A stretch of 36,683 nucleotides of DNA from an uncultured Opitutia bacterium (GCA_964012695.1 CAXGVD010000001.1:1-36683), one strand, 5' to 3'. Positions 1 to 9,756 are shown, counted from the stretch's first letter. The notes: generated by a model from the sequence alone, not told the origin. Program-made: numbers and translations.

Positions 1-1587
1 AACCGTAGTAGAATAAGTACTGCCGAAACCAAGCAATCCGTTGTTCAGGTTATCGACTGTATATTCATGCGAGCCGATTCCCCATTGCCTGAGAAAAAGA
101 CCCTGTTGATCAAAGAAAACGGCCCGGTTGGCTTTGAAGGAAACCACCACGACGCTGCCGTCGTCATCCAAGTCCAACCCGCTTGGCTGGTTCAGCTGTC
201 CCTCCAAGCTTCCATAACTCCCGAATTTCCTCAGAAAGGTTCCGTTGGAATCGAAGACCTGTATGCGGTGGTTATAACGGTCGGCGACGAAAACCTCTCC
301 CGTCTCGGAAACCACGATCCCGTGAGGTTGATTGAATTGCCCGTCGCCCGAACCGTTGCTTCCGAAGGCCCTCACGAATGCGCCGTTTCTCTCAAGCACT
401 TGGACGCGGTGATTGTCTCTGTCCGAGACGTAGATCTTACCGTCCGGGCCCCAAGCCAGGAAGTGGGGATCATCCACTTGACCATCACCGGAGCCGTAGG
501 TGGCCAGATAACGGATGAGGCTGGCATTCTCGTCCACTTCAATAATGCGCTCGCCTCCTGGATCCGCCACGATGAAGGTGTTTTCGGGAGTGTGAAGCAG
601 GTCGGTTATATCCACGCCCTTTGAGCCATAAACGCCGTAGCTATTCAGGTAGGTTCCGTTTACGTCGAAAACCTGTATGCGGTGGTTGTCCCGGCAGGAA
701 ACGTGAATTCTCCCGGCGGCATCGACGGCGATGCCGAAATTATCGTTGAAGAGGCCTTCCTCCTTGCTTGCCGCGCCCGAGCCCAAAGTGGTGAGCAGGC
801 TGCCGTTGGTTTCGAAGATCTTGACCCGATGGTGCGAGCCTCCGGCAACCACCAGTTTGTCTCCGGAGAAGGCGAGATCCGCCGCATACATTCCGATGGC
901 GATTTCTCGTACGGAGCTCCCGTTCTGCTCGAATACCTGAACTTTTTGCCCGTGATGAGAAGAGGCGTATACCTTGCCGTCCGGACCCACGCAGACACCT
1001 AACGGGTTGTTCAATTGACCCAGGTTGTTTCCGTAGGAACCGAATTGGCGAAGGAAAGTGCCGTTCAACTCGAATACTTGGATGCGGTGGTTTCCTTGGT
1101 CTGCAACGTAGACTTCGGGGGTTTGTACTCCCTCCATGTTTACGTAGACGTCTCTGGCTTTATTGAATTGGCCTTCGCCGGTACCGTATGCCCCCCATTT
1201 GCGTAGATAGGTCCCATTCAAGTCGAAAACCTGTACCCTATGGTTATGATACTCCGAGACGAAAACCTCGTTCCCGTATACGTAGCAACTACTCGGACCG
1301 TCCAACTTCCCGTTGCCGGAACCTCCGGAGCCCCAAGCCGTTTTGAAGGACCCGTCCACTGTCCATACGGAAACGTTAGCCGGACCCCAGTTGGGAGCGT
1401 AAACGTCCCCGTTGGGAGCAATGGCAAAGCCATGAGGCTCCTTCAGAAAGGGCATGAGCGGAAAGGCGGCTTCTCTCTCCAGATACCAGTTGTCCTGAGG
1501 TCCTCTCTTGGCTTGAAGCGAGGATAGGAAGACTTGCGCCGATATCAATACGGCGAGGATAAGAAAAGGTTTACTGAAGGTTTTCAT
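1..1587 (-). CDS. Secreted NHL-repeat beta-propeller protein (N-terminus in window, 3' end runs off the left edge)
   Basis: Not in the ORF track because no in-frame stop lies in the window. My translation of the minus strand from the ATG (cat at 1585-1587) stays open to base 1, which is 529 codons. The N-terminus MKTFSKPFLILAVLISAQVFLSSLQA looks like a Sec signal. About 10 tandem NHL-type units follow, e.g. YHNHRVQVFDLNGTYLRKWG, QGNHRIQVFELNGTFLRQFG, RDNHRIQVFDVNGTYLNSYG, RDNHRVQVLERNGAFVRAFG, RYNHRIQVFDSNGTFLRKFG. Confidence 0.85.
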   Translation of the reverse strand, partial: MKTFSKPFLILAVLISAQVFLSSLQAKRGPQDNWYLEREAAFPLMPFLKEPHGFAIAPNGDVYAPNWGPANVSVWTVDGSFKTAWGSGGSGNGKLDGPSSCYVYGNEVFVSEYHNHRVQVFDLNGTYLRKWGAYGTGEGQFNKARDVYVNMEGVQTPEVYVADQGNHRIQVFELNGTFLRQFGSYGNNLGQLNNPLGVCVGPDGKVYASSHHGQKVQVFEQNGSSVREIAIGMYAADLAFSGDKLVVAGGSHHRVKIFETNGSLLTTLGSGAASKEEGLFNDNFGIAVDAAGRIHVSCRDNHRIQVFDVNGTYLNSYGVYGSKGVDITDLLHTPENTFIVADPGGERIIEVDENASLIRYLATYGSGDGQVDDPHFLAWGPDGKIYVSDRDNHRVQVLERNGAFVRAFGSNGSGDGQFNQPHGIVVSETGEVFVADRYNHRIQVFDSNGTFLRKFGSYGSLEGQLNQPSGLDLDDDGSVVVVSFKANRAVFFDQQGLFLRQWGIGSHEYTVDNLNNGLLGFGSTYSTTV

Positions 1588-1734
1588 CCTGCTGACGGCT
1601 AAAGAAAAGGAAGAGATGGAGCGGATCCTTGCGCGCATTAAGTAACTATTTAAGGCAATTCAATGACTTCAATTAGCCCGAATCAAGAAATCATTACGTA
1701 AAATTATGGTTCAAGTTAACTTTTTCCGTTTAGC

Positions 1735-2766
1735 TTAGGGACGAAGGACCACCTTGAGCAGGCCCTCCTTGTTCGCTCGGAGCCGATTGAACCAGTCGGC
1801 CCCCTCCTTCAAATCCGCGACCGCCGAAATGATCGGGTCCACAAGTATGCTGCCATCAGCCACAGCCAAGAGAGCCTGCTCGTACTCGCCTGCGGAAGCG
1901 CAGGACCCGAAGACGGAGAGCTCACGGGTGACGACGGATTGGAGGGGGAAATTCACGTCCGGAGAAAGGTTGCCGACTAGACAGGTTGACCCACCTTTGC
2001 GGAGTACGTCTATGGCGAGGCGAACGGTATCAGTCACTCCAACCGCCTCCACGGAAAGGTGGGCGCCCTCCCCTTCCGTGGCCTCGCGGACGAGAGCGGC
2101 CACGTCGTCCTTGCCGGGCACGAAGGTTTCATCCGCCCCTAGTTCCTTGGCGAGAGCGAGCTTGTCCTCTGCAAGGTCAACGGCGAAGACCGTTTCACAA
2201 CCCGCGGCCTTGAGGGCTTGAACAAGGAAGAGGCCGATCATGCCCGCGCCTACAACGACGCCGGTTTCGCCACCTCTCACGGGAAGACGGTTGACGCCGT
2301 GAAGGGCGATGGAAACGGGCTCGGCAAGGGCGGCTTGCTCGAAGCTGACTTCATCGGGAATGGGACAGACGCCTAGGTGCGGAATGACGACTTTTTCCGC
2401 GAATGCGCCGTGGCGGCGATATTCCTCGCAGGAGACGCCAATGACTTGGCGGTTCTCGCACAAGTTGACCAATCCTTGGGTGCAATAGCGACAAGTTCCG
2501 CAGTAGGTTGTGGAATCAAAGGTGACGCGGTCTCCGGGTTTCAACTTGGGGACCTCGGAACCTACCTCGGATATGATGCCCGAGGCCTCGTGCCCCATGA
2601 TGACGGGAGGGCGCCTGCGTCCCGTGCTGCCGTCCATGCCGTGAACGTCCGAACCGCAGATGCCGCAGGCCTTTACGTCCACGACAACGTCCGCAGGGCC
2701 GAGGACGGGATCCTCAGCGTCTCCGTAGGAGAATTTATCGTAGTCCACCAATGTGAGGGCCTTCAT
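1735..2766 (-). CDS. Zinc-dependent alcohol/polyol dehydrogenase (medium-chain dehydrogenase/reductase family, sorbitol/threonine-dehydrogenase-like)
   Basis: 343-aa ORF with ATG at 2766. Catalytic-Zn motifs CGICGSDVH and GHEASG are present. So are the structural-Zn cluster CGTCRYCTQGLVNLC and the Rossmann motif GAGMIGL. The substrate cannot be assigned from sequence. Confidence 0.9.
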   Translation of the reverse strand: MKALTLVDYDKFSYGDAEDPVLGPADVVVDVKACGICGSDVHGMDGSTGRRRPPVIMGHEASGIISEVGSEVPKLKPGDRVTFDSTTYCGTCRYCTQGLVNLCENRQVIGVSCEEYRRHGAFAEKVVIPHLGVCPIPDEVSFEQAALAEPVSIALHGVNRLPVRGGETGVVVGAGMIGLFLVQALKAAGCETVFAVDLAEDKLALAKELGADETFVPGKDDVAALVREATEGEGAHLSVEAVGVTDTVRLAIDVLRKGGSTCLVGNLSPDVNFPLQSVVTRELSVFGSCASAGEYEQALLAVADGSILVDPIISAVADLKEGADWFNRLRANKEGLLKVVLRP

Positions 2767-2828
2767 GACTTCGGGATGCTACCGAAAGGAGCAGAAAGTG
2801 CAAGATGGGAAAGGCTCGGGAAGCCGTT

Positions 2829-3968
2829 TCAGCGAGTTTCGAAGGCGCCGTCGGGGCGTCGTGATACGAGGCGTTTGATTTCGAGCATTGTGAGGGTGGC
2901 CATAACCTCTTGGGCGGGAAGTTTTGTTCGTTCGGCGAGGGCGTCGGGGTTGAGGATGGAGCCGTCGGCCAGAACGGCGTGGAGGGCCTGCTCCGTGGGA
3001 GTGAGGTTTTGGGGAGACGGAGCGGCGGCGGAGGCGGAAAGGGCCTCCTCGCGCGAGGAACTCGGCAGAGCGAGACCGAGGGAGGGAGCCAGTTCCTCCG
3101 CCACGTCGGCAGCGTTGCGGATCAAGGTGGCCCCTTCTCGGATGAGTTTATGGCAACCTTCGGAAGTCGCTTGATCCACCCGTCCCGGAAGGGCGAAGAC
3201 TTGGCGGCCTTGCTCGGCGGCGAAACGGGCGGTGATGAGACTACCTCCGGCGGCGGCGCTTTCCACTACGATTGCGCCCACGCTCATTCCCGCGACCACG
3301 CGGTTGCGCATGGGGAAGGTTTGGCGGTCGGCCCGGCGACCGAAAGGGAACTCGGTAAGGACGGCCCCCGAGGCGGTTATGCGGCGGTAGAGATCGAGGT
3401 GTTCGGGGGGGTAGATGACGTCCGGCCCGCACCCGAAGACGGCGACGGTTCGGCCCCCCGCTTCCAGCGCCCCTTCGTGGGCGGCGGCATCAATGCCGCG
3501 GGCCATGCCGCTGACGATGCAAAAGCCCATGCGGGCGAGATCGGCCGCGAGTGTCTTGGCCATGCGCAGGCCGTAGAGCGAGGCTTGACGCGTGCCGACG
3601 ATGGCGACGCAAGGTTCGTCGGGGTGAGGAGGCGCACCCGTGCAATAGAGCCCGATGGGAGGGTCGAAGGTTTCGAGGAGGGCGGGCGGGAAGGAGGGAT
3701 CTTCGCGGGTCAGGAAGCAGCCGGAACGCTCCGCCAAACGACCTAGTTCATTGTCCAGCCAAGAGCTGTCCCAGCCACGAATGGCGGTGGATGCCTTCTC
3801 ACCAACTCCCTTTACGCTTTTAAGGTCGGAAGAAGAAGCCGACAGAATGGCTATCGGGTCTCCTGAAAAGCGATCCAGAAGACGCCGGAGCATGACGGGC
3901 CCGACATTAGCGAGGCCGTTTAGAACGAGAAAGGCGTCTGAGCGAGTGAGGTTATCGGGGCACGCCAT
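2829..3968 (-). CDS. dprA: DNA-processing protein DprA (Smf)
   Basis: 379-aa ORF. DprA Rossmann-like core: VAIVGTRQAS...SGMARGIDAAAHEGALEAGGRTVAVFGCGPDVIYPPEH...PMRNRVVAG...VVESAAAGGSLITARFAAEQGRQVFALPGR. It has an N-terminal helical extension and a C-terminal winged-helix-like tail. Confidence 0.9.
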   Translation of the reverse strand: MACPDNLTRSDAFLVLNGLANVGPVMLRRLLDRFSGDPIAILSASSSDLKSVKGVGEKASTAIRGWDSSWLDNELGRLAERSGCFLTREDPSFPPALLETFDPPIGLYCTGAPPHPDEPCVAIVGTRQASLYGLRMAKTLAADLARMGFCIVSGMARGIDAAAHEGALEAGGRTVAVFGCGPDVIYPPEHLDLYRRITASGAVLTEFPFGRRADRQTFPMRNRVVAGMSVGAIVVESAAAGGSLITARFAAEQGRQVFALPGRVDQATSEGCHKLIREGATLIRNAADVAEELAPSLGLALPSSSREEALSASAAAPSPQNLTPTEQALHAVLADGSILNPDALAERTKLPAQEVMATLTMLEIKRLVSRRPDGAFETR

Positions 3969-4028
3969 AAAGCCCAGCTAAACGCGGGCAACGCTAGCGG
4001 GACAAGTCAAAAGAGTGGAAGAAGCTAA

Positions 4029-5243
4029 CTATCTACGCCGTTTGGATATGATTTCGGAGACCTTGGAGTCGAAGCCGTCTGACTTGCCTTCCTTGGCGAG
4101 GCGGGCCTTTTCGGTCTCAACGTGCTTGCGACGCTCGACAAGGAGTTCGTCGAGCCGTTTCTGGAGTTCGCGGCGTTTGGCCACTTGCTTCTCCAGATAG
4201 GCCTTGCGCTCGGCGGGCTTCATCTTCTTGAGCTTTTCGGTGAACTTATCTTCTTCCAGTTTGTCGTAAGCGTAACGACCACTGAGAAGACCATCTACGA
4301 GGTCTCCCTCGCCGTCTATAAAGGAGGCGGAGAAGAAGCCGGAAGCGGTAGCCGGAGCGGAGGCTCCTATATCTAACGCTGCTGCTCCGCTTCTTCCCGC
4401 AAGGTAAACGGAAGAAGCCTTTGACTTGAGTGAAAGAGCGGCAAGGCGGTCCGCTGCCACCTCCTCGTCAGCTTTTTTAGCGAGTTCCACTTTTTCGTAC
4501 ACTCGCGTACGCAGACGAGAGTCACCGTATGCCTCGACGGTGCCGCCGAGCTCGCGATTTATCCGAGCTATTTCAGCATCCACTGGAGTACTTATGGCAG
4601 CTACGCCTCCCGTCTGGGCAATGGCCACGTAATCTCCTTCCGCAAGCTTGGCGATTTCCTTCCAGATGGGAGTGGTGGAGGCCATATTCCCGCATTGGAC
4701 GGAGTTGACGACGAGGTCCTTCTTCACGGCGAGCTTACAGACTTCAGGGTACTTGACGTCGTCCTGATAGTCCATGTGGGGCGGGGCGTCACCGACGAGG
4801 AAGACGAGCTTGAGGACGTCTCTGCTCTTGTCCCACTTGATTTTGGTGACCGACTCGTGAAGGGCCTGGTTGACGGACTCGGGAGTGTCTCCACCGCCTT
4901 GGGCCTGAAATTTCATGAGGTTGGCGTAGACGTCGTCGAGGTCCTCGGAGAGGTCGTGAATTTTGGTCACGTAGGCGTCGGAGCGGTCCCGATAACCGAT
5001 GAGGGCGATGCGGAGGTCAGGGGTGGGCTCGCTGGCAAGGATTTCATTGGAGATGGACCAGATTTTCTGCTTGGCCCCCTCGATGAGACCGCCCATGGAG
5101 CCAGTGGTGTCGAGGACGAAGCAGACCTCGATGACCTCGCGCTTCTTGTCGGGGCCTTTTTTCTTTTTGCCATCGGCGTCCTTGGCGGAGAGGGGGGCGG
5201 CGGCGAGGCAGAGCGCGAGCAGGAGATGGGAGAGCTTGTTCAT
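4029..5243 (-). CDS. Secreted von Willebrand factor A (vWA) domain protein with a charged coiled-coil C-terminus
   Basis: 404-aa ORF with ATG at 5243. Signal peptide MNKLSHLLLALCLAAAPLSA. MIDAS-type motif in CFVLDTTGSMGG, with vWA-like strands LVFLVGDAPPH. The C-terminal 80 aa are K/E/R-rich heptad-like (KLKKMKPAERKAYLEKQVAKRRELQKRLDELLVERRKHVETEKARLAKE). Confidence 0.8.
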   Translation of the reverse strand: MNKLSHLLLALCLAAAPLSAKDADGKKKKGPDKKREVIEVCFVLDTTGSMGGLIEGAKQKIWSISNEILASEPTPDLRIALIGYRDRSDAYVTKIHDLSEDLDDVYANLMKFQAQGGGDTPESVNQALHESVTKIKWDKSRDVLKLVFLVGDAPPHMDYQDDVKYPEVCKLAVKKDLVVNSVQCGNMASTTPIWKEIAKLAEGDYVAIAQTGGVAAISTPVDAEIARINRELGGTVEAYGDSRLRTRVYEKVELAKKADEEVAADRLAALSLKSKASSVYLAGRSGAAALDIGASAPATASGFFSASFIDGEGDLVDGLLSGRYAYDKLEEDKFTEKLKKMKPAERKAYLEKQVAKRRELQKRLDELLVERRKHVETEKARLAKEGKSDGFDSKVSEIISKRRR

Positions 5244-5290
5244 GGCGGTGACGGGTGTTAGGATTGGGAAGGAAGGAAAGAAAAAAATTC

Positions 5291-7684
5291 TCAGCGGACG
5301 CGGTAGAGCTTGCCCTCGGAGAAGACGTCTATTTGGGCGCCGACGGACAACCAGCTGGCGAGGCGGGCGTCCTTGGCGAGAAGATCGAAGTACTCCTTGG
5401 AGCCGAACTCGACTTCCTCGACCTCGAGATCCTTATCGTCTCGGGCCTCATCGTCGATCCAGACCTCGCCGGCGCGGTGGAAGGTCTTGCCTTCCACGAT
5501 GCGGCTATCGGGGCCGGTGGTTTCGGAGGCTAGGCCGGCTTCATCGTCTCTTCCGTTGTTCGTGCGGGAATAGGCAAGGGACTTGGCCTTGGCGAGGTCG
5601 GCGAGTCCACCGGCCTCCTTGAGGGCGAGTCCGGAGGCGGCTCCACGGACGGCAGCTTCGCCCGACTTTTCCCGAAGGTAGCGCTCGGCTTCCATCTTAA
5701 GGATGGGAGCGGGGGCCGCAAGGGAGTCCAAGGATTCGGTAACAGGCCCCGAAAAGAAATGTGTCCTGCCGCCGGGCAAACTACGTCTGGCCACGGGCAC
5801 GCCGCGGCGTTCTTCATCCTCCAGAATCAGGTAACTGGTGTAGGGAGTCACGATGCCGAACTTGCGGGCCAAGCCGGTGATTTCATCCCGCAATTCCTTG
5901 GTTTCGCCTCGAAGGCGCACCTCGTCCAGCAGGTAGCCCACCCGGCGCATGGCCCAGAGGCGGGGAATGAATTCGTTCTTCTTGGACTTGTCGGGGAAAG
6001 AGGCGTCCAGCTTGTAGGTGACCTTTTTGCCCGCGATTGAACCGGAGAGCTTCACCACGGACTCGTCTTCGCCGGATTCGTAACGTCCGAGGGCCACCAG
6101 TTGCTCGCCCTTGAAGAGGTCGGGCAAGTCGCGCGGGTAGATTTTTCGGACACGCTCAGGCCCATCGATTTCCAGCTCCAAGTCGGAGAGGACGGGGCGG
6201 GCGATTTTTTCGTAGAAGCGCGAAATCTTCACCTCCAAGTCCTCCTCGGGGAGAGCGTATTCGCCGGCGGAACCTGTTTTCTCCACGAGACGGTCGAGTA
6301 GGTGGGCGTTCACATCGTGGCCGATGCCGAGGCAGAAGACGCGAATCTTGGCCTTCACCTTATCGAGACGTTTGCCAAGGCGGTCGAGAATCACTTTTTC
6401 GTTCACGGGACCCACGGTGGGGCGTCCGTCGGTGAGGAAGACGACTTGGGCGGGGCGGGCCTTGTCCGCCTTTTCGGCGAGGACCTCGGCGGCCACTTCG
6501 AGAGCTTCGTCAATAGCGGTGCCTCCCACCGCCCGGATGTCTTCAAGGAAAGCGTCCGCCTGCTTCTTGGCCTTCGCGGAAGCGGTACGGAGACCGCCGA
6601 AGGCGCCTTCGGCCTCGGTGGAGAAGCGGACGACTTCGAAGCGGTCCTTGGGGTTGAGGCCGTCGATGCAGAAGTCTAGTGCCTTCTTGGCCTGCTCCAG
6701 CTTCCCCTTGCGCATGGAACCGGAGGAATCGAGGACGAAGACGACGTCCTTGGGGGGCTCCTCGTAGCCCTCGATCTCGTCCCACGCAGGCGGGCTGACG
6801 AGGAGGAGGAAGTAGCCATCGGCGTCCTTGTCGGGCCGGTGGGCTAGCAAGTCCAGAGTCACGGCCTCCCCTCCCCTGCCCTTTAGGCCGAAGTAGAGGA
6901 GCAGGTTTTCCTTGGCGGCGAGATCCTTTTCCTCCATGCCCACCAAGACCTTGTTCTTGCCCTTGCGCTTGATCTCGACCTCGTGGGAGGGCGAATAGAC
7001 GGTCTTGACGACGTTGTCCCCACCGTCGATTTCCGCCTTGAAGGAAAAGGTACCGATGGGCTTGGGGGAGTACTTGGTGAGGTCCAGTTGGTAGTGGTAG
7101 CGGGCGAGGTTGCCGTCCTTGGGCAGGATTTGTACATAGCGCAGGCGCACCTCTTTGTCCGTACGAGGCTCGATTGGGAAGATGCGCACCTTGTAAAGGG
7201 CCTGACCGGCGTACTCGAAGAGGGCGGGGTCTCGGGCCTTGCGGACGATGTCCTCGTACAGCTTGCGGGCCTTGTCGGCGTCCAGCAATTCGGCCTCCTG
7301 CATCTTGCCATTCACCTCCATGGAGAACTTCTCCACGTGGGCGCCCTTGGGCACGGGGAAGATGAAAGTGCCCTCCAGACGTTGGGCGGAAGGGTTATGA
7401 AAGAGTTGCCGAGTCTTAGTCACGGCCACTTGCCCCTTCACTTCAACCTCTACGTTCCATTCCTTAACCTCTAAAGGCGCATGTCGATGAATCGGCCGAG
7501 GCATCGGCCAAGGCCGAGGAGGACGAGGAGGAGGCAGAGGCGGTCTCGGCGGCCACGGATGCCTGACGGTCAAGTCGCTCGGGGCCTTATCCACCACGAT
7601 AAGGCCGCCTGCCCACCCTTCCCGTGGGGCGACGATCATTCCTGTCAACAGCAGTATTCCTAGCTTAACGAGATTGTGCCTCAT
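5291..7684 (-). CDS. Secreted VIT + vWA domain protein (inter-alpha-trypsin-inhibitor-heavy-chain-like architecture)
   Basis: 797-aa ORF. AGGAGG (complement of 7693-7698) lies 8 nt upstream of the ATG at 7684. The order is signal peptide, Pro-rich linker HPWPPRPPLPPPRPPRPWPMPRPIHRH, VIT-like block (LEVKEWNVEVEVKGQVAVTKTRQLFHNPSAQRLEGTFIFPVPKGAHVEKFSMEVNGK), then vWA with MIDAS VVFVLDSSGSM and VVFLTDGRPT. Confidence 0.85.
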   Translation of the reverse strand: MRHNLVKLGILLLTGMIVAPREGWAGGLIVVDKAPSDLTVRHPWPPRPPLPPPRPPRPWPMPRPIHRHAPLEVKEWNVEVEVKGQVAVTKTRQLFHNPSAQRLEGTFIFPVPKGAHVEKFSMEVNGKMQEAELLDADKARKLYEDIVRKARDPALFEYAGQALYKVRIFPIEPRTDKEVRLRYVQILPKDGNLARYHYQLDLTKYSPKPIGTFSFKAEIDGGDNVVKTVYSPSHEVEIKRKGKNKVLVGMEEKDLAAKENLLLYFGLKGRGGEAVTLDLLAHRPDKDADGYFLLLVSPPAWDEIEGYEEPPKDVVFVLDSSGSMRKGKLEQAKKALDFCIDGLNPKDRFEVVRFSTEAEGAFGGLRTASAKAKKQADAFLEDIRAVGGTAIDEALEVAAEVLAEKADKARPAQVVFLTDGRPTVGPVNEKVILDRLGKRLDKVKAKIRVFCLGIGHDVNAHLLDRLVEKTGSAGEYALPEEDLEVKISRFYEKIARPVLSDLELEIDGPERVRKIYPRDLPDLFKGEQLVALGRYESGEDESVVKLSGSIAGKKVTYKLDASFPDKSKKNEFIPRLWAMRRVGYLLDEVRLRGETKELRDEITGLARKFGIVTPYTSYLILEDEERRGVPVARRSLPGGRTHFFSGPVTESLDSLAAPAPILKMEAERYLREKSGEAAVRGAASGLALKEAGGLADLAKAKSLAYSRTNNGRDDEAGLASETTGPDSRIVEGKTFHRAGEVWIDDEARDDKDLEVEEVEFGSKEYFDLLAKDARLASWLSVGAQIDVFSEGKLYRVR

Positions 7685-7776
7685 GCCTATATCCTCCTAC
7701 GTACTACTCTTAGCGACGCCCGAAGGGAAGCTTTGTTAGAAAAAACGCGTGAAAAGCGTAAAAAAACGACAATTCC

Positions 7777-9756
7777 CTATCCCCGCAAGGCCGCTTCCAG
7801 TTTCTCCAAGTCTTTGGCTATGATGCTGTCTGGACCGAGGTCTACGACTCCACTCTTCTTCAGGAAATCGACCGCCCTGCGTGCCCGGGAAGCTTCTCCC
7901 GCCCGGCTCAAGGCGCTCACGTAGGGGCGGACCACTTGGTAGTAAAGTTCGCCTCCGAACTTGGAAAAGTCGCGGACGTAGCTTTGGTACTGCCTGTCGG
8001 CCCCGTTCCAGTCCTTTTCCCGGACGTACCGCATCAGTTGTTCTTGCCCGGACTTGAGGGCGAGGTCCGCCCGGCCTCCCCGATTTTGGCTCACGATCAA
8101 CTTCCGAATCTTGTCGGCCTGACCGGGGTTGCCCAAGGCTTCGTAAGCGGAGGCCAGCTTGTTCATTCCCTCTATCTTCAGGTCCACGGTTTTGGCGAAG
8201 GCCCTGTTCCAAGCCTCCCAAAACTTGCGCCGTTCCTCCAAGTCCGTCACCTTGGCCTCCACCCAGGCCGCCTCCGACCGCCAAATGTTCTCGTTCGAAG
8301 GATTCAAGTTCCGGGCTCGGCGCAAGACATCCCGCAGGTAGGGAGCTTGGGGATTGAGGCGCGCCCACTCGAAGTAATCGATGGCCTTGGCCTTGAAGTT
8401 GTTGAAGCGTTTTTCACCCCGGGCGTAGGCCTCCAACTCGTCGTCGGTGATGGGTTTCCAGGTTTGGGGGTCCATGGCGTTGCCCACGGGGTAGTTGTGT
8501 TGGGCGAATCGACCGCAGTCGGTCTCCCACTTGCCCGCGTCCTTCATGAAGCCGAACCACGCGTGCCCGCCCCGCGACCCCTTGCCCGAAAAAGTGAGGG
8601 TGGGTATGCCCCTGGCCTTGCCCGCCATCGCCGCGAAGTAAGCTTGGTCCACGCAGATGCCTCCGCGTTTCCGAATGTCCGCGAAGGTGTAAGGACCGTA
8701 TGGCCAAGTAAAGATGCCTTGGCTGAGTCGGTTTCTGTCGTACTGGATGGAGGCAAAGGTTTTGCCGTAGGCGGAGACCTCCTCCTTTACGTTTTGACGG
8801 GCCCAGGCCAGTTCTTCCTCGCCCAGGAGGTGATCCACCACGAACTTCAGCTCACCGACTTCGAGACGGGCGGGGTCGTGGACCAGTTCGCGTTTCCTTG
8901 CGGCGGCCACCAAGGCGGCGAATCGGGAGGGTAGGTCCACCGCGGCCGTCGCCAAGTTCTCCTTGCGGACTTGTCGGTGAGGCCAACTGAGGGGAAAAGG
9001 ACCGTCGAAGACCACAGCGAATGCGGCGGCCAAGGCGGCGTATGAACGCATCAGGGTGGGGTGCTCGGAAAATATGGAGAGAAAGATTTCCAAGGCCCGC
9101 GGGCGGTTGTCCTCCACATCCAAGGCGAGAAGAAAAACGTCCCGCACGGCTTCCTCCGCCCCGATTTTCCGGAAGGTTTCCTGCAACTTGGGGTCGCCGG
9201 CGAGTAGGGAGCTTTGGTTGCCAAGGTCGAGCCAGCGCCAGTGTCGAAACCAAGTGAAAAAGTCCCGCTCCTCTCGGCTCCCTCGCAGTTGCGGGTCCTT
9301 CCAAATGCTCCGAAGGGCGAAAAGGAGCTTCGGAGCTTCCGTGCGCCAAGCTTCGGGGGTGACGTGACCGGTCCACCAGTCATCCCGGACCGAGGTGGTC
9401 CACGCAGGCAAACCCTGTGACGGCGGCGGCCCAGGATTGGTGGGTGCGGCGGGTTTGAAGGGTTCGACGGGCTCTGGACGCGGGCGACCCGTCGGCATAA
9501 TGCTTTCCGCCATGCGCCGGGCATACAACCTGTCGAATGGAGACAGCAAATTCGCGGGGAAGACGAATCGCTTGCCGTCGCTTCGCTCCACCGTCACTTG
9601 CTTCCCGTCGAAATTCAGGTAGCGGGCCTGAATCTTCGCCCCGGTGGTGGCCGTCCAAGTCCGGAAGGGCGTCCGCTCCTGCGCCCAGGCGAAACTCCCC
9701 GCAGCAAACCAAGAGAAAAGAATCACGAAAACCGACGGCCAACGCATCCTACCCAT
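7777..9756 (-). CDS. Secreted SHD1 domain / transglutaminase-like cysteine protease core / TPR-like protein
   Basis: The track ORF begins at a TTG (9777). The first ATGs are at 9756 and 9747 (MGRMRWPSVFVILFSWFAAGSFAWA signal). SHD1-like motif FRTWTATTGAKIQARYLNFDGKQVTVERSDGKRFVFPANLLSPFD. Transglutaminase core with Cys/His/Asp: GGICVDQAYFAAMAGKARGIPTLTF...GGHAWFGF...KWETD. The C-terminal third is helical-repeat (TPR-like). Confidence 0.8.
   Translation of the reverse strand: MGRMRWPSVFVILFSWFAAGSFAWAQERTPFRTWTATTGAKIQARYLNFDGKQVTVERSDGKRFVFPANLLSPFDRLYARRMAESIMPTGRPRPEPVEPFKPAAPTNPGPPPSQGLPAWTTSVRDDWWTGHVTPEAWRTEAPKLLFALRSIWKDPQLRGSREERDFFTWFRHWRWLDLGNQSSLLAGDPKLQETFRKIGAEEAVRDVFLLALDVEDNRPRALEIFLSIFSEHPTLMRSYAALAAAFAVVFDGPFPLSWPHRQVRKENLATAAVDLPSRFAALVAAARKRELVHDPARLEVGELKFVVDHLLGEEELAWARQNVKEEVSAYGKTFASIQYDRNRLSQGIFTWPYGPYTFADIRKRGGICVDQAYFAAMAGKARGIPTLTFSGKGSRGGHAWFGFMKDAGKWETDCGRFAQHNYPVGNAMDPQTWKPITDDELEAYARGEKRFNNFKAKAIDYFEWARLNPQAPYLRDVLRRARNLNPSNENIWRSEAAWVEAKVTDLEERRKFWEAWNRAFAKTVDLKIEGMNKLASAYEALGNPGQADKIRKLIVSQNRGGRADLALKSGQEQLMRYVREKDWNGADRQYQSYVRDFSKFGGELYYQVVRPYVSALSRAGEASRARRAVDFLKKSGVVDLGPDSIIAKDLEKLEAALRG

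Noticed and set aside
67-1527. Track ORFs 67-624(+), 660-998(-), 682-1002(+), 731-940(+), 1015-1206(+), 1218-1433(-) and 1240-1527(+)
   Set aside because: All overlap the open-ended NHL-repeat gene (1-1587, minus) in other frames or on the other strand. They have no motifs and look like shadow ORFs.
2377-3174. 265-aa plus-strand ORF spanning the ADH/dprA junction, and similar ORFs at 2910-3746(+), 3551-3981(+)
   Set aside because: They are antisense to two genes with clear family motifs. Their Arg/Gly/Ala-rich composition is typical of high-GC shadow frames.
7936-8934. 332-aa plus-strand ORF, plus 7736-8368(-), 8852-9376(-) and 9051-9524(-)
   Set aside because: They overlap the SHD1-transglutaminase-TPR gene, which has recognisable catalytic and SHD1 motifs. 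These frames are Gly/Pro/Arg-rich with no motifs.
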